Origin: a virus
Length of the DNA: 64,000 nucleotides
IMG/VR virus record: IMGVR_UViG_3300045988_056849
Strand: one strand, 5' to 3'
Position 1 is the first letter of the stretch; each line of letters opens with the position of its first letter. Made by a program: the position numbers and the translations under genes. The notes below the pieces were generated by a model. The model worked only from the letters and a program-made list of their open reading frames with translations. It did no database searches and was not told the DNA's origin. Positions 1 to 9,829 of this stretch are shown here, in pieces.

Positions 1-980
1 TTGCTGCTATTCGTGGCGTTTCTCCGAGATTTGGTGCGGCAGCAAGTTCTACTTATGTACGACTTATTGCTGATGAGGGAACAACTTATTTGAAAGACGT
101 TCATACATTCACCAGTACTTCGGGAATAACATTCTCATTGGAAGAGGACGTTGTAATTGGTGTGAATGGATATGCTTATGCGAAGGTACGTTGCGACCAA
201 GAAGGACTTGATACCAACGTTGACCCTTTGTCTATCAATAAAGTCAATCCGATACCGACTGGTCATTTGACTTGTACCAATGAATATCGAGCGACTGGTG
301 GACGAGATGAGGAAGATGATGATTTGTTTCGTCAGAGAATTAAGGACAGTATCAATCAGTTAGCAAGAACAACTCTATCTTACTTGGAGCAAGTGTTTAT
401 GAAAATCAATAATAATGTATTGAGACTTCATAAAGGCGGTATTGATACTGATGGACGATTGAACTTGATTGTTGTATCGGTAAACGGACAAGACTTTACA
501 GATGACGAGTTCAACGAAATATTGAGCCGTTCGGAGGAGTATTTGTCACTGTCGGAGCTTCTAAGGAGTTCAACCGATTATGCTTTGAAACTAAACAACG
601 TTGATTGGCTGCCTGTCGATGTTGAGTTCCGAGTAGATATTGACCCTGCTTATGACCAAGACCGAGTGCGAAGGGAAATACAAATTCAGATGTCGAAGTT
701 GTTTGACTATCGTTTTTGGGAGTACGGTGATAAGGTTGAGTGGGAAAACTTATTGTTTGCTGCTAAGAATGTAGATGGAGTTCGATACGTGCCTGATACG
801 CACTTTTATCCTCACGCTGATATAAACGTACCTAAATACCGACTTCCACGTGTAAGAGGGTTTGTAATGCGTGACCTTGATGGCAATATCATAGAAGATA
901 ACGGAGGAGTATTGGCTGAGGTTTATTATCCGAACGAAATTGATACTTCATTCCAGTCATCTGTATTAACAACTATCTGA
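1..980 (+). CDS. Baseplate J-like (P2 gpJ / T4 gp6 family) baseplate protein, 5'-truncated by window edge
   Basis: The same frame is open from base 3 with no stop, so the TTG at 90 in the ORF track is not the true start. 'ATGGRDEEDDDLFRQRI' matches the conserved GG-x-D-x-E...LR-x-R block of Baseplate_J proteins. It lies in a tail/baseplate gene block. Confidence 0.6.
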   Translation, partial: AAIRGVSPRFGAAASSTYVRLIADEGTTYLKDVHTFTSTSGITFSLEEDVVIGVNGYAYAKVRCDQEGLDTNVDPLSINKVNPIPTGHLTCTNEYRATGGRDEEDDDLFRQRIKDSINQLARTTLSYLEQVFMKINNNVLRLHKGGIDTDGRLNLIVVSVNGQDFTDDEFNEILSRSEEYLSLSELLRSSTDYALKLNNVDWLPVDVEFRVDIDPAYDQDRVRREIQIQMSKLFDYRFWEYGDKVEWENLLFAAKNVDGVRYVPDTHFYPHADINVPKYRLPRVRGFVMRDLDGNIIEDNGGVLAEVYYPNEIDTSFQSSVLTTI

Positions 981-981
981 T

Positions 982-1290
982 ATGAGAACACAAGTAAGCG
1001 TAAAGACTATAACAGAGGTTGAGCCATCAAGTGGTTTATTCTTAATCAATTGTTTTTCGGATATGAATGACGATGGCTCAACCACTCCTTCTATATATAA
1101 ATCTCAAGTATTGGAGAAACCTATGATTGTTGATAATACTTCTGGGAAAGAAGGTGAGCTGCTACTGTCTCACAGTGGAAATACTGTTGGTAACATAAAT
1201 ATCGATGGAGAGTTGGTAATTGAGCCCGAAGGAGACGATGCTAACAAGTATGAAAAAGAACAAGAAAACTTGACGTATAATGAAGGATAA
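982..1290 (+). CDS. Small baseplate-module protein, function unknown
   Basis: ATG 2 nt after the upstream stop, 102 aa, tight same-strand packing. No recognisable motif. Confidence 0.45.
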   Translation: MRTQVSVKTITEVEPSSGLFLINCFSDMNDDGSTTPSIYKSQVLEKPMIVDNTSGKEGELLLSHSGNTVGNINIDGELVIEPEGDDANKYEKEQENLTYNEG

Positions 1291-2959
1291 TTTATTGAAT
1301 GCAATTGGGGACGTGCTACTGATAGATGTAACGCCTCAAATAACAGGGAAAGTTCATTTGACTGACTTTTCCGATGTTGTTGAAGGAGTTACCGATACAC
1401 GCACCGTTCATAAGGAGTTCCGAATTTCACCTGATGGAGTTTTTTGGAACGATTGGCAAGAGCTAACGTCATCAAACCTTTCTTCGGATGATTATATTGT
1501 TGATAGTTCTTTGACTATTCAATTAAGATATACAAGGACTGGTTCTGATAGTACGGGAGTTATTGAGTTCAAAAGCATTGACTTTATGGGCTCACGAGAG
1601 GCAATTCAATTTGTCGCTCCTACTATCAGTTCCAGTATTTTTGCTAACATAATTGGTACGCCAGAGATGAAGGCTTTGGAAGAAAACATCTTCAAAAAGT
1701 TGTATTATCGTGGTATCGTACCAAATTATATTCCGAGAGCCGAAAACTCTGACGAGAAGGAAGACAAAGACTATATTGACTTGTTCTTTTCGGTTGCGAG
1801 GTTTTACAGTATGTTCATTCGTTTCTTCAAGAGGTTTGAAAACTTCCAAGACGATTTTGACCTCATGAGAGAGCAAGTGAGACAATATGGAATATACTTC
1901 GATGAAGCAAACATTACTCTTGAAGACCTTCAATATTTGGCTCAAAATCTTTATGACCAAATACGTCAAAGAGGAACGGAGATGATATTCAAGCGTAAAG
2001 GTTATTTGCTGCCTAACGGAGAGACTTTACAGATTGACGGAGAGTTTATCAGATTGGTAAGGAGCAAGGTCAGCGATGAGCTTTTATACGAAAATATACC
2101 ATTGGAGAAAGTAGGTTGGTGTATGAGACAATGTTCTCCGATGTATCGGGGGACAGGTATGTCGAAATATCTGAATAAAACCAAGGAACTATCGGAGGAC
2201 TTTGAAGACCTTTCGGACTTTGTTTTATCACGTACAGGCAATTCAAGTTATTCTATTAGAGAATATGATGGCAAGAAGATATTAGACTTGAAAGCTCAAA
2301 GCTACGGTAAAACTGGATTGGGGAGACAAAGCGAAGACACAGATGTTTCTGACAATATATATGTAGTAGATTCAAGACTTGATTATGAAATAACATTTGC
2401 TTTCCAAGTTATCGGAAATTCTAAACAAGACGCCACTTTGATATTTGGAGTTGAGGGTTTTGATTCTTTGAAAAATAAACTTGATGATGCCTTTATAACT
2501 CCGAACGGTTTTTCAGTATCAGATACTTTCTTTGAAATTAAAACAATCAATAAGAAAAATTCTGTTTGGTATTACGTCAGAGGTATAATACATGCTTATT
2601 CTACGGCAAATGTTGAAAGCAGTCCTACGAACATAGGAGAAGGAACGAATTTGTATTTCAACAATTCATTTGTAAAATACATTCTTCCTAAAATTCAAAT
2701 AACGAGCTCATCTGTATCGGAAATTGGTATATGGAATTACAAAATTCGACCACTGGTAAGAGGAACGAATATATTGCCTTTGAAAGACGGCACTACCAAC
2801 TCTCATAGTTTAGGTTTCATCCAAAGTTCACGCATATTTTATTCCTACGTCAGAAATAATAACAATAGCCAATCGCAGGATGAAATTACAGATATTATAG
2901 AGAAGTATTTGTTACCATTCAATATGACGGATATATTTGTATTCATGAGTAATTATTAA
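1280..2959 (+). CDS. Tail/baseplate structural protein (559 aa), function unknown
   Basis: Long uninterrupted ORF overlapping the upstream stop by 11 nt. Position after baseplate J resembles the P2 gpI/gpH region. No catalytic motif seen. Confidence 0.5.
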   Translation: MKDNLLNAIGDVLLIDVTPQITGKVHLTDFSDVVEGVTDTRTVHKEFRISPDGVFWNDWQELTSSNLSSDDYIVDSSLTIQLRYTRTGSDSTGVIEFKSIDFMGSREAIQFVAPTISSSIFANIIGTPEMKALEENIFKKLYYRGIVPNYIPRAENSDEKEDKDYIDLFFSVARFYSMFIRFFKRFENFQDDFDLMREQVRQYGIYFDEANITLEDLQYLAQNLYDQIRQRGTEMIFKRKGYLLPNGETLQIDGEFIRLVRSKVSDELLYENIPLEKVGWCMRQCSPMYRGTGMSKYLNKTKELSEDFEDLSDFVLSRTGNSSYSIREYDGKKILDLKAQSYGKTGLGRQSEDTDVSDNIYVVDSRLDYEITFAFQVIGNSKQDATLIFGVEGFDSLKNKLDDAFITPNGFSVSDTFFEIKTINKKNSVWYYVRGIIHAYSTANVESSPTNIGEGTNLYFNNSFVKYILPKIQITSSSVSEIGIWNYKIRPLVRGTNILPLKDGTTNSHSLGFIQSSRIFYSYVRNNNNSQSQDEITDIIEKYLLPFNMTDIFVFMSNY

Positions 2960-2973
2960 AAAACTAAGATAAT

Positions 2974-4425
2974 ATGTCAAGATTAAAATTCAGCGAAAAC
3001 TTGTTTTTGGAGGTCAATGAACTTCAAAGATTAGTTAAGTTTTTAGCCGATGACGGGTATAAACTGGCAATCAAGTCTATGTCAAAATCTTTTGGAATAG
3101 TAGAGAATTCAGGAAATACTTATTTCAAAGTAACCGCCAAGGCTGGAACTGCTAATATCGTCATCATCAACCCTGGAATTGCCTTCACTACGGATGTTGA
3201 TGCAATTGTAATGGAAAATGCTGTAGAGATGCAAATTCTTAACACTGGCATTAACCGTTGGCTGGTGCTTTCTCGTGACGTTAAGAATATCGAAACAGGA
3301 ACTGTTACCATTAACACTGACGGTTCATTATCGGGCATTGGAACGGAGTTTACAAAAGTCCTACGAGGACAGCCCAACTTCCCTACTAAGGTAAAGTTTG
3401 AATCAACTCTGAATTCTGGTGAGTACGAGGTTGTGAGCGTTGTCTCTGATACTTCTGCTATTCTTGCTGGTTCGTTCGTAAACGAAAACAATTTGAAATA
3501 CTCCGTGATAGGAACATTCACACCAGGGTTCCAACCGCTTGCTGCTAATAAAATGATATACGAGTATGATTCATACAATATCCGTATTGTTGATTCAGCA
3601 GACAAACCTTCTCTTTCAGCCAATGAATTTATCATTGCTGGAATATCGTTTGACGACTCAGGAGGAATGAGCATTTCTGATGAGCGTATCTATTCAATGT
3701 TCAATAATCCTTATGTTCAACAAGGTAGTAGTTCAGATGCTGCTTCAAAAAATCCATTAGCAAGTCTTTTGAGCGTTGCAGCTATCGGAGGTATAAATGC
3801 TGTTAACACTGTATCAGTTGATTTAGAATTGGTGGTTGAACACGGATATACGATAACGAAGTTTGAGTTGGTAACAACTTCTACTTCTAACTCATTCAAT
3901 ATCCTTTCGGGGTCAAGTAACTATCTTGGTACTGGCAATATTCCTGACGGACTATTTAACGGTTGGTTATTGGTAAACAGAGCTAATATGAAATATGCTA
4001 AAATTGATAGCAATTCAAATAAGTCTTTGTTTATATCAAATTTAGACACTTCAATGATTTTAGATAATAACAATGATTTTATTGTAGTGCCTAATTTCTT
4101 GGAAATGGAATATGAGGTTAAGTTATCTTCCAATGTCAATTTGCCTTCTAAACCGTTCTACTTCAGAGCTTCTATATGGAATGTGACGGGAAGAATGAGA
4201 GTTTATGCCTTTTTCCCTTCAGTGTCGGGAACATTCACAGATGAGATAACAATTTCCATAGGTTATCGAATGTTGGATAATAGCGGTAAACAATTCCCAT
4301 TTGGAAATCTTGCCATAGCGCAATTTACAAACATTGATGGACAGTCTGAAACTTTATCAGGTAGTTCATTTGTTGTAAATCTTGCTAATATTGAACCTCA
4401 AGCTAAACAACGCAATTACTCTTAA
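2974..4425 (+). CDS. Tail-fibre-like structural protein (483 aa)
   Basis: Long ORF, Ser/Asn/Gly/Thr-rich beta-type composition typical of fibre proteins, in the structural block. Confidence 0.45.
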   Translation: MSRLKFSENLFLEVNELQRLVKFLADDGYKLAIKSMSKSFGIVENSGNTYFKVTAKAGTANIVIINPGIAFTTDVDAIVMENAVEMQILNTGINRWLVLSRDVKNIETGTVTINTDGSLSGIGTEFTKVLRGQPNFPTKVKFESTLNSGEYEVVSVVSDTSAILAGSFVNENNLKYSVIGTFTPGFQPLAANKMIYEYDSYNIRIVDSADKPSLSANEFIIAGISFDDSGGMSISDERIYSMFNNPYVQQGSSSDAASKNPLASLLSVAAIGGINAVNTVSVDLELVVEHGYTITKFELVTTSTSNSFNILSGSSNYLGTGNIPDGLFNGWLLVNRANMKYAKIDSNSNKSLFISNLDTSMILDNNNDFIVVPNFLEMEYEVKLSSNVNLPSKPFYFRASIWNVTGRMRVYAFFPSVSGTFTDEITISIGYRMLDNSGKQFPFGNLAIAQFTNIDGQSETLSGSSFVVNLANIEPQAKQRNYS

Positions 4426-4429
4426 AGTT

Positions 4430-5326
4430 ATGATGATATATTTAACAGGGGCAACAAGCTCATTAGCAAAATCTCAAGACAATCCTCAAACGGATGCTGC
4501 TTTGAGTTTGGGAGGATATATTTCTTCTACCCCAGTTCCAAATGCGGCAATAAACGCTTTGTTCGACATTATTTCTTCTTACACTTTGGACAAAAAACCG
4601 AAGGAAACTATTGCCATTGGACTCATAAATCAATTTGAAGACAAGGTAGCAACAGATGTTGAGATAAAGATAATAACCGATGAAAATCATGAAGCGTTAT
4701 TCAAATTAGCAGCAGTTGCTGTAAGTACGGATAACTATATGATGGAACAAATTGCTAATCGTTATCAAGAACCAATGCTTGCTGAATTTCATGACGCTTC
4801 TTTTTACAGAGCTGCGGTTGATTTAGAAATTAAGCAGTATGCTTCGGCAGGCGAGGAAATTGCTCTGTATCCTTTCAACGTATCTTTCGAGGTAAGAGAA
4901 ACAGGAATTGAAGCCACTTGGTTAGCATTTGAGGAAGCATTTAGCAATGATGAAACTTATACTGTGAAGAGAATATCCGAAACGATATTCAGGATTGAGA
5001 GACGTGACGAAATGGTGCTGGAAACTCCGTTAGAATGCTCTTATATTGCCACCGAAGGTTTCACGGCTAAATTTTTAGGTCAATTAAAAAATAAAGCTGA
5101 CAATTCTTTGTATGTTAAAGATGCGCTTCAACCCAAAGAAGCAGTGGGTTTTTGGATACAAAGAATAATTAAAAAAAATCGTTATCCTACAAACGAGGAG
5201 CTGATAAAAGAGTATAAAGATAAATTTGTACGTGAAAATGTAGAGGGGGTTGAGATAGTTATCAGTTATAATTTAGTTGATGTTAAGAACTATCAAGAAA
5301 CTGATTACAACGAAGATTATTCGTAA
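4430..5326 (+). CDS. Structural-module protein (298 aa), function unknown
   Basis: The ORF-track start 4382 overlaps the upstream gene. The first ATG after the upstream stop (4423-4425) is 4430 (MMIYLTGATSS...), in the same frame. Confidence 0.45.
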   Translation: MMIYLTGATSSLAKSQDNPQTDAALSLGGYISSTPVPNAAINALFDIISSYTLDKKPKETIAIGLINQFEDKVATDVEIKIITDENHEALFKLAAVAVSTDNYMMEQIANRYQEPMLAEFHDASFYRAAVDLEIKQYASAGEEIALYPFNVSFEVRETGIEATWLAFEEAFSNDETYTVKRISETIFRIERRDEMVLETPLECSYIATEGFTAKFLGQLKNKADNSLYVKDALQPKEAVGFWIQRIIKKNRYPTNEELIKEYKDKFVRENVEGVEIVISYNLVDVKNYQETDYNEDYS

Positions 5327-5344
5327 CTTTTTATAATTTACAAT

Positions 5345-8300
5345 ATGGCAGGATATGATGACACCTATCAGATGATTATTTCTACTTTAATGGGGCGACC
5401 TGTTGGAACGGAAATTCAGCCTGATAGTCAGCAAGCATATGAAATAAATATGCTTAACTACATTAGGAGTTTAGAACTTATTGCGAATGGGCCATTGATT
5501 GGTATTGCTGAAGCTAATACACAACCAATTCAACCAAATGACGCAAGAGCTTGTTACATAGCAGGTGTCGCTCAAGACAGAACTGTTACGTTCCAAAACT
5601 TCCGAAACTATTTGGGTCAACCGATTCAGATAACAAATGGGCAAATGGAAGCGTGTTTAGTTATCCTTATTTGGGATACGCAATATTGGTCAGCAACGCA
5701 AGTTCCTACTAATATAATCAGTGCAGCAGAACAAGCTAACTTCTATTACAATTTCAACGTTCGCAAGACATACCCGTCAGTGGCGGCAATGAATGCTGAC
5801 AAAGACAATCCCATTGGAACAGATGGTAAATATATTAATGTTGGCGATATAGTATCTGTGGTTAATACTAATAATTCAACTGAAAACGGATTTTATAGTC
5901 GCATCGAAGGCGGTTGGCAATTCCAATCGTCATTAAATATAACTATTTCTCAGGATTCTGGACTTGACCCTAACGTTGTTATGTCTCAAATGGCGGTTGG
6001 AATTCAAATTAGAAATAATTTTTACCGTCTGTTTGATTATTTGCTTACAAATGAAAATTTGATAGATTCTTCGGCAATAGAAAACGATAAATATATCAAC
6101 GATTCAACTGGTTTAGTCAACAACAAAACAGTTAGTTTACCTTGGGACGGTTGTGCCGTTTCTGGCTTATTAGATGTAAAAGAAGCCGAAACTTACAAGC
6201 TATATTCAATACCTTCAAACACTTGGTTTTACAGTGCTTGGTTTTACGATTCTCAGGGCAATCCGATATCAAAGTCAAGCGGTTTGACCTCCAATGGTTC
6301 TATTATACCAACAAATGCTAAATTTATAAGAATTTGCTGGTTGAAGTCAAGCGGTACTGGTTGGAATATAGATACAATAAAAAATAGTTATGTTTTAAGA
6401 AACATTAAACTTCCAGCTCCTACGATATATGTTCCATATAATACTTTTTATATCCAAGATGATGCATATAAACAATCTGAATATATAAAAAGTATCGCAA
6501 CAGATGTAGCAACAGCTTTAACAGAGCCTTTGTTTGGTGATTTTAGTAAATATTTTGTAACTGACGGCTTGAACTTATTTAATTGGAAATCAGCCATAAG
6601 GGGTTATTATATTTCCTACGGAACATCAACGGGTATAGGCAATATAACTGCATCGTCAAACCCGTTGAATGGAGCCATAAGCGACTTCATTCCAGTAAAG
6701 CCGAATACAACATATACAATAAATTTCGCCATTAATTCTTCGGATAAAGTTGTAGCCTTTTACGATAAAGACAAGAAAGCATTACATGATGGTGTTATTT
6801 TGAGTTCAACAACAACAACAACAACAACAACAACAACTTCCGATACTGCTTATATAGTCGTATCGTTCGGAGTTGCCGCTGTTACTGATGCACAATTACA
6901 GGGCTTACAAGTACAAGAAGGAGAGAGCGTTGTATTGGATGCCTTTTACAAGGAATTTCCCGATTACATTAAAAAACCAAGTACTGGAGACACGTATCTC
7001 GACACGTATCTCGACACGTATCTCGACACGAAGAATTATGCTTCATGTGTTAAGAAAATAGGTAAAAACCTGTTTGATAAAAATAATATTATAGAAGGGT
7101 ATTATATAGGAAGTACACCTGGAACTCTGATAGGAAATTCAGTGTCTGCTATTAGTTCATTGATTCCTATCGAAGAAGGAGAAACATATGCCATTTATAG
7201 GCAATATTCATCTTCTGGTAATATTGCAACACGATGCGTGAGATTCTTACCAGAAGATGGGGTAACTCCTATGAAGCCTATTAACCCAGCAACTGGAGCT
7301 GAGTATGCGAGTTACGAAGTGGGGACATCTAATGGAACTACATTGGTTACAGCTCCTGCGGGAGCGAAGTATATTCAAATGACTCTTGAGTTTAATAGCA
7401 TTTGGTATAATCTTGATACTCTTCAAATTGAAAAGGGAAATTCTTACACTGGTTATGAACCTTATGAAGAAAGATATATTATTGATTATCCTAATTTGCC
7501 GAGTGATTTGAACGGTTTGTCACAAAGAGTGTCTAAACTTGAAGAATCATCAAATATTGATACCATAACAATAGCAAATTCTGATAAGATAGGATTTTTT
7601 TCAAATTCCTTTCTGAATGGGTATTGTATGTTGGGTAAACACGCAATAAACAATTTGTCCATGTTCAGCGATTACATTATGTATAATTATGGACATTCTG
7701 GCGATGACCTTTTGGAATTACTAACGAGAATAAATGCTAACCAAGCTTGGTTAGGAGATGTGCCAGTTCAATCTTGGAACATTAAGTATGGAGTTATTGC
7801 TATGCAGGATAATGACGGAGCTTTATATTCTGCAGCGAGTGATACCTATTATGAAAATGGCAAAAAACTTGCCAACGCTATAAAAGCCATGGGCGGTATT
7901 CCGATATTAGGTTCAGAGCATGATACTTCTTACTACTATTATAATTTCGTGAGACTTGCTCAAGATTTTGGATACATGTTTATGAATTGGGGAAGAACAG
8001 CAGCAAGATTGTTTAACAGAGTTTTTCCGCCATTTTGGAACAATTCTCACCCAGCTACCAGAACTGGTTGGATGTGGACGTATGGTATGAAGACCTATCT
8101 TGATACTTTGCCACGACCTAACAAATCTATGAAATTGTTCCGTGTTAGACCTTCAGTTGATACAACTGATTTGCAAAACTTAATGTATGAAGATATATTG
8201 GGCAGAGCTGAAAGATTCATTGAATTGACTTGCGGAGTTTCAGGACTTACAGAAGCTACTGAAAAATTTTTCGATAGACTTGATTCTGGTTCGACTGCTT

Positions 8301-9475
8301 ATCAAACTTACAAAGATGAATATCAAATGCTTCAGGCTAAATCAGCAAGCGTTTCATTCGGAGATTACGCCTTGATTGATGTAATAACTCCTTATGATAG
8401 AAACAACATAACTGGTTTAACATTGAACATTACAGCATCTGGAATTACCAACGCATATGTTAGGAAGATAAATTCATTGACTAATCCACTTCCAGACAGA
8501 AGATTCATAGCTTTTGGTGTCGTATCTGGTGAATCAATATTAACTCCTGGGACTCAATTCCAAATAACAGGGGGAGTTTTCAGCGACACTCTGCTTGGGA
8601 CTTACACCGTAGAAGATGTTGTAAATGGAGTAGTCGTTACAACTACCACATCAAGTGGAAAAACAACTTCTGGAACTGATAATCCGACTACTAATTTATC
8701 TGGTGTTGTTTTGAAAGGAAGCTATGATTATCCTTCTGCCGATTATATGAATCGTTATAATAAACCCCTTGGTGAATGGGTTGAAGTAACTATACAAAAC
8801 AATTCTTTGGTTTTGGATTCGTTTTTGAATACTTGCATGGATTTTGATAAAATTGGAATTTTATTGAAAGGAAGTTCAATATCAATTTCGGACATAAGTT
8901 GTAAAGTAACTGGAAACATCAAAAAGAATGTTGTTAAATATCCTCTTTATTTAGAAAAGAGGGGAACAAGCGTAATCAATAAAACAACTTTTAATGATGC
9001 TGATACCGAATGGATAGGTTTATCGGATTTAGATAAATACATTCCAGTGGTGTCAACCGTTTCTTCCACCGCAGAAAGTTTACCAGTTGGCATAACTACT
9101 GTAAGAAAAATGAACGAGGGTCAATCAGTTAAACAAGCATTAACAACTGGTTCTATTACTCCAATGGATTATGCGCCAGCAACTCTTCAAATAAAAGTAG
9201 TAGCAAGATATTTCCCAGAATATATTGATGACGATTCAAAATGGGCAAGTTCTCCTATTAGAAGGGGAAGTTTTGATTGTGCAAAATTAGATGTGAAAAT
9301 TGCACAATCAACTTCGGATGCTAATCCTGCAAAAGTAGGAGTTATAACCGTAGGAGCTTGGTGGAATGAATTCATCATAAATACTCCTTATTTTTCAGGT
9401 ACGCACATTATTTTAGAATCAGAAAATAATGACATTCAAATAGCTCAATGCGACGTTGTTTTATTATCCGAATAG
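5345..9475 (+). CDS. Large tail fibre / receptor-binding protein (1376 aa) with three tandem carbohydrate-binding-like modules and a possible SGNH-type esterase segment
   Basis: Last and largest gene of the structural block. It has three related ~120-aa modules (about 6050-6410, 6570-6945, 7064-7465) sharing NL(F/I)D...YI...S..IPV...TY, two of them ending in Q(V/I)(Q/E)(E/K)G. A poly-Thr linker and a DTYL x3 repeat are present. The segment 'GFFSNSFLNG...GHSGDD...MQDNDG' loosely resembles SGNH blocks I-III. Confidence 0.6.
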   Translation: MAGYDDTYQMIISTLMGRPVGTEIQPDSQQAYEINMLNYIRSLELIANGPLIGIAEANTQPIQPNDARACYIAGVAQDRTVTFQNFRNYLGQPIQITNGQMEACLVILIWDTQYWSATQVPTNIISAAEQANFYYNFNVRKTYPSVAAMNADKDNPIGTDGKYINVGDIVSVVNTNNSTENGFYSRIEGGWQFQSSLNITISQDSGLDPNVVMSQMAVGIQIRNNFYRLFDYLLTNENLIDSSAIENDKYINDSTGLVNNKTVSLPWDGCAVSGLLDVKEAETYKLYSIPSNTWFYSAWFYDSQGNPISKSSGLTSNGSIIPTNAKFIRICWLKSSGTGWNIDTIKNSYVLRNIKLPAPTIYVPYNTFYIQDDAYKQSEYIKSIATDVATALTEPLFGDFSKYFVTDGLNLFNWKSAIRGYYISYGTSTGIGNITASSNPLNGAISDFIPVKPNTTYTINFAINSSDKVVAFYDKDKKALHDGVILSSTTTTTTTTTTSDTAYIVVSFGVAAVTDAQLQGLQVQEGESVVLDAFYKEFPDYIKKPSTGDTYLDTYLDTYLDTKNYASCVKKIGKNLFDKNNIIEGYYIGSTPGTLIGNSVSAISSLIPIEEGETYAIYRQYSSSGNIATRCVRFLPEDGVTPMKPINPATGAEYASYEVGTSNGTTLVTAPAGAKYIQMTLEFNSIWYNLDTLQIEKGNSYTGYEPYEERYIIDYPNLPSDLNGLSQRVSKLEESSNIDTITIANSDKIGFFSNSFLNGYCMLGKHAINNLSMFSDYIMYNYGHSGDDLLELLTRINANQAWLGDVPVQSWNIKYGVIAMQDNDGALYSAASDTYYENGKKLANAIKAMGGIPILGSEHDTSYYYYNFVRLAQDFGYMFMNWGRTAARLFNRVFPPFWNNSHPATRTGWMWTYGMKTYLDTLPRPNKSMKLFRVRPSVDTTDLQNLMYEDILGRAERFIELTCGVSGLTEATEKFFDRLDSGSTAYQTYKDEYQMLQAKSASVSFGDYALIDVITPYDRNNITGLTLNITASGITNAYVRKINSLTNPLPDRRFIAFGVVSGESILTPGTQFQITGGVFSDTLLGTYTVEDVVNGVVVTTTTSSGKTTSGTDNPTTNLSGVVLKGSYDYPSADYMNRYNKPLGEWVEVTIQNNSLVLDSFLNTCMDFDKIGILLKGSSISISDISCKVTGNIKKNVVKYPLYLEKRGTSVINKTTFNDADTEWIGLSDLDKYIPVVSTVSSTAESLPVGITTVRKMNEGQSVKQALTTGSITPMDYAPATLQIKVVARYFPEYIDDDSKWASSPIRRGSFDCAKLDVKIAQSTSDANPAKVGVITVGAWWNEFIINTPYFSGTHIILESENNDIQIAQCDVVLLSE
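6807..6836 (+). repeat. (CAA)10 / (ACA)n trinucleotide microsatellite encoding a Thr10 linker
   Basis: Directly visible run caacaacaac... It is in frame with the fibre ORF and encodes SSTTTTTTTTTTSD. Confidence 0.95.
6989..7030 (+). repeat. 12-nt tandem repeat gacacgtatctc x3.5 (encodes DTYL DTYL DTYL DT)
   Basis: Three perfect copies at 6989, 7001 and 7013, plus a half copy. In frame. Confidence 0.95.
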
Positions 9476-9503
9476 TGACCTGAATTCATATACGATAGAT
9501 AGG

Positions 9504-9540
9504 AGAGACGAGAGTGTATTGCTTTCGTCTCTTTTTCTTT
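9504..9540 (+). terminator. Rho-independent terminator after the tail-fibre gene, nested inside a longer 11-bp inverted repeat
   Basis: Stem agagacga (9504-9511) pairs with tcgtctct (9525-9532), followed by ttttctttt. An outer perfect inverted repeat atatacgatag (9488-9498) / ctatcgtatat (9551-9561) encloses it. Confidence 0.75.
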
Positions 9541-9707
9541 TGTATTCGTGCTATCGTATATCGGTGAAGGTAAATTATCACGGTTAATAATAGCAGTGCC
9601 GAGCAAGCATGTAAATCGTTTCGATGACTAACGAGACGCCAAAGTTATACCGAGAGTGTGAACGTATTGACCAGTAACACCAAAGAGGCAGCTCTGTCCT
9701 TGTAACT

Positions 9708-9751
9708 GAGGGGTAACTTCTGACAACTGCCGACTATCATACCCAAGTAAT
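9708..9751 (+). promoter_or_regulatory. G-box unit U1: GAGGGGTAAC-N17-TATCAT-ACCCAAGTAAT
   Basis: Direct repeat of the unit at 9781-9820 with a longer spacer. Confidence 0.4.
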
Positions 9752-9770
9752 TTGTAACAGATGTTTAACA

Positions 9771-9820
9771 AAGGGGGAGCGAGGGGGTAACATTCTCTGT
9801 ATCCTAACACCCCAAGTAAT
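9771..9820 (+). promoter_or_regulatory. G-box unit U2: AAGGGGG-AGC-GAGGGGGTAAC-N8-TATCCTAAC-ACCCCAAGTAAT, ending 10 nt before the ATG at 9830
   Basis: Shares the double G5 box with 46516-46540. Shares the GGGGGTAAC...TATCCTA...CCCA(A)GTA arrangement with 46643-46676. Confidence 0.45.
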
Positions 9821-9829
9821 ATTGAATTT

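Noticed and set aside
3120-3674. Other long minus-strand ORFs (3120-3674, 10401-10910, 32533-32976, 38448-38825, 48352-48813, 62334-62909)
   Set aside because: Each is fully contained in, or straddles, + strand genes that have recognisable motifs or continuous packing. None has its own intergenic space, terminator or promoter-like motif.
6807-7030. Trinucleotide and 12-nt tandem repeats in the fibre gene, considered as a CRISPR-like array or an on/off phase-variation switch
   Set aside because: There are no spacers and no repeat-spacer periodicity, so it is not CRISPR. Both unit lengths are multiples of three and in frame, so slippage changes linker length rather than switching the frame.
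9628-9810. 60-aa minus-strand ORF inside the first non-coding region
   Set aside because: It is short and has no plausible start context. It is the only minus-strand candidate in 64 kb, and it overlaps the repeated G-box/GTAAC DNA motifs, which explain the conservation better.
9563-9829. tRNA, tmRNA or retron/DGR template in the two large non-coding regions (also 46365-46695)
   Set aside because: I could find no cloverleaf arrangement or GTTCGAAT-type T-loop. There is no reverse transcriptase gene anywhere in the window, and no template/variable repeat pair matching a fibre gene segment.
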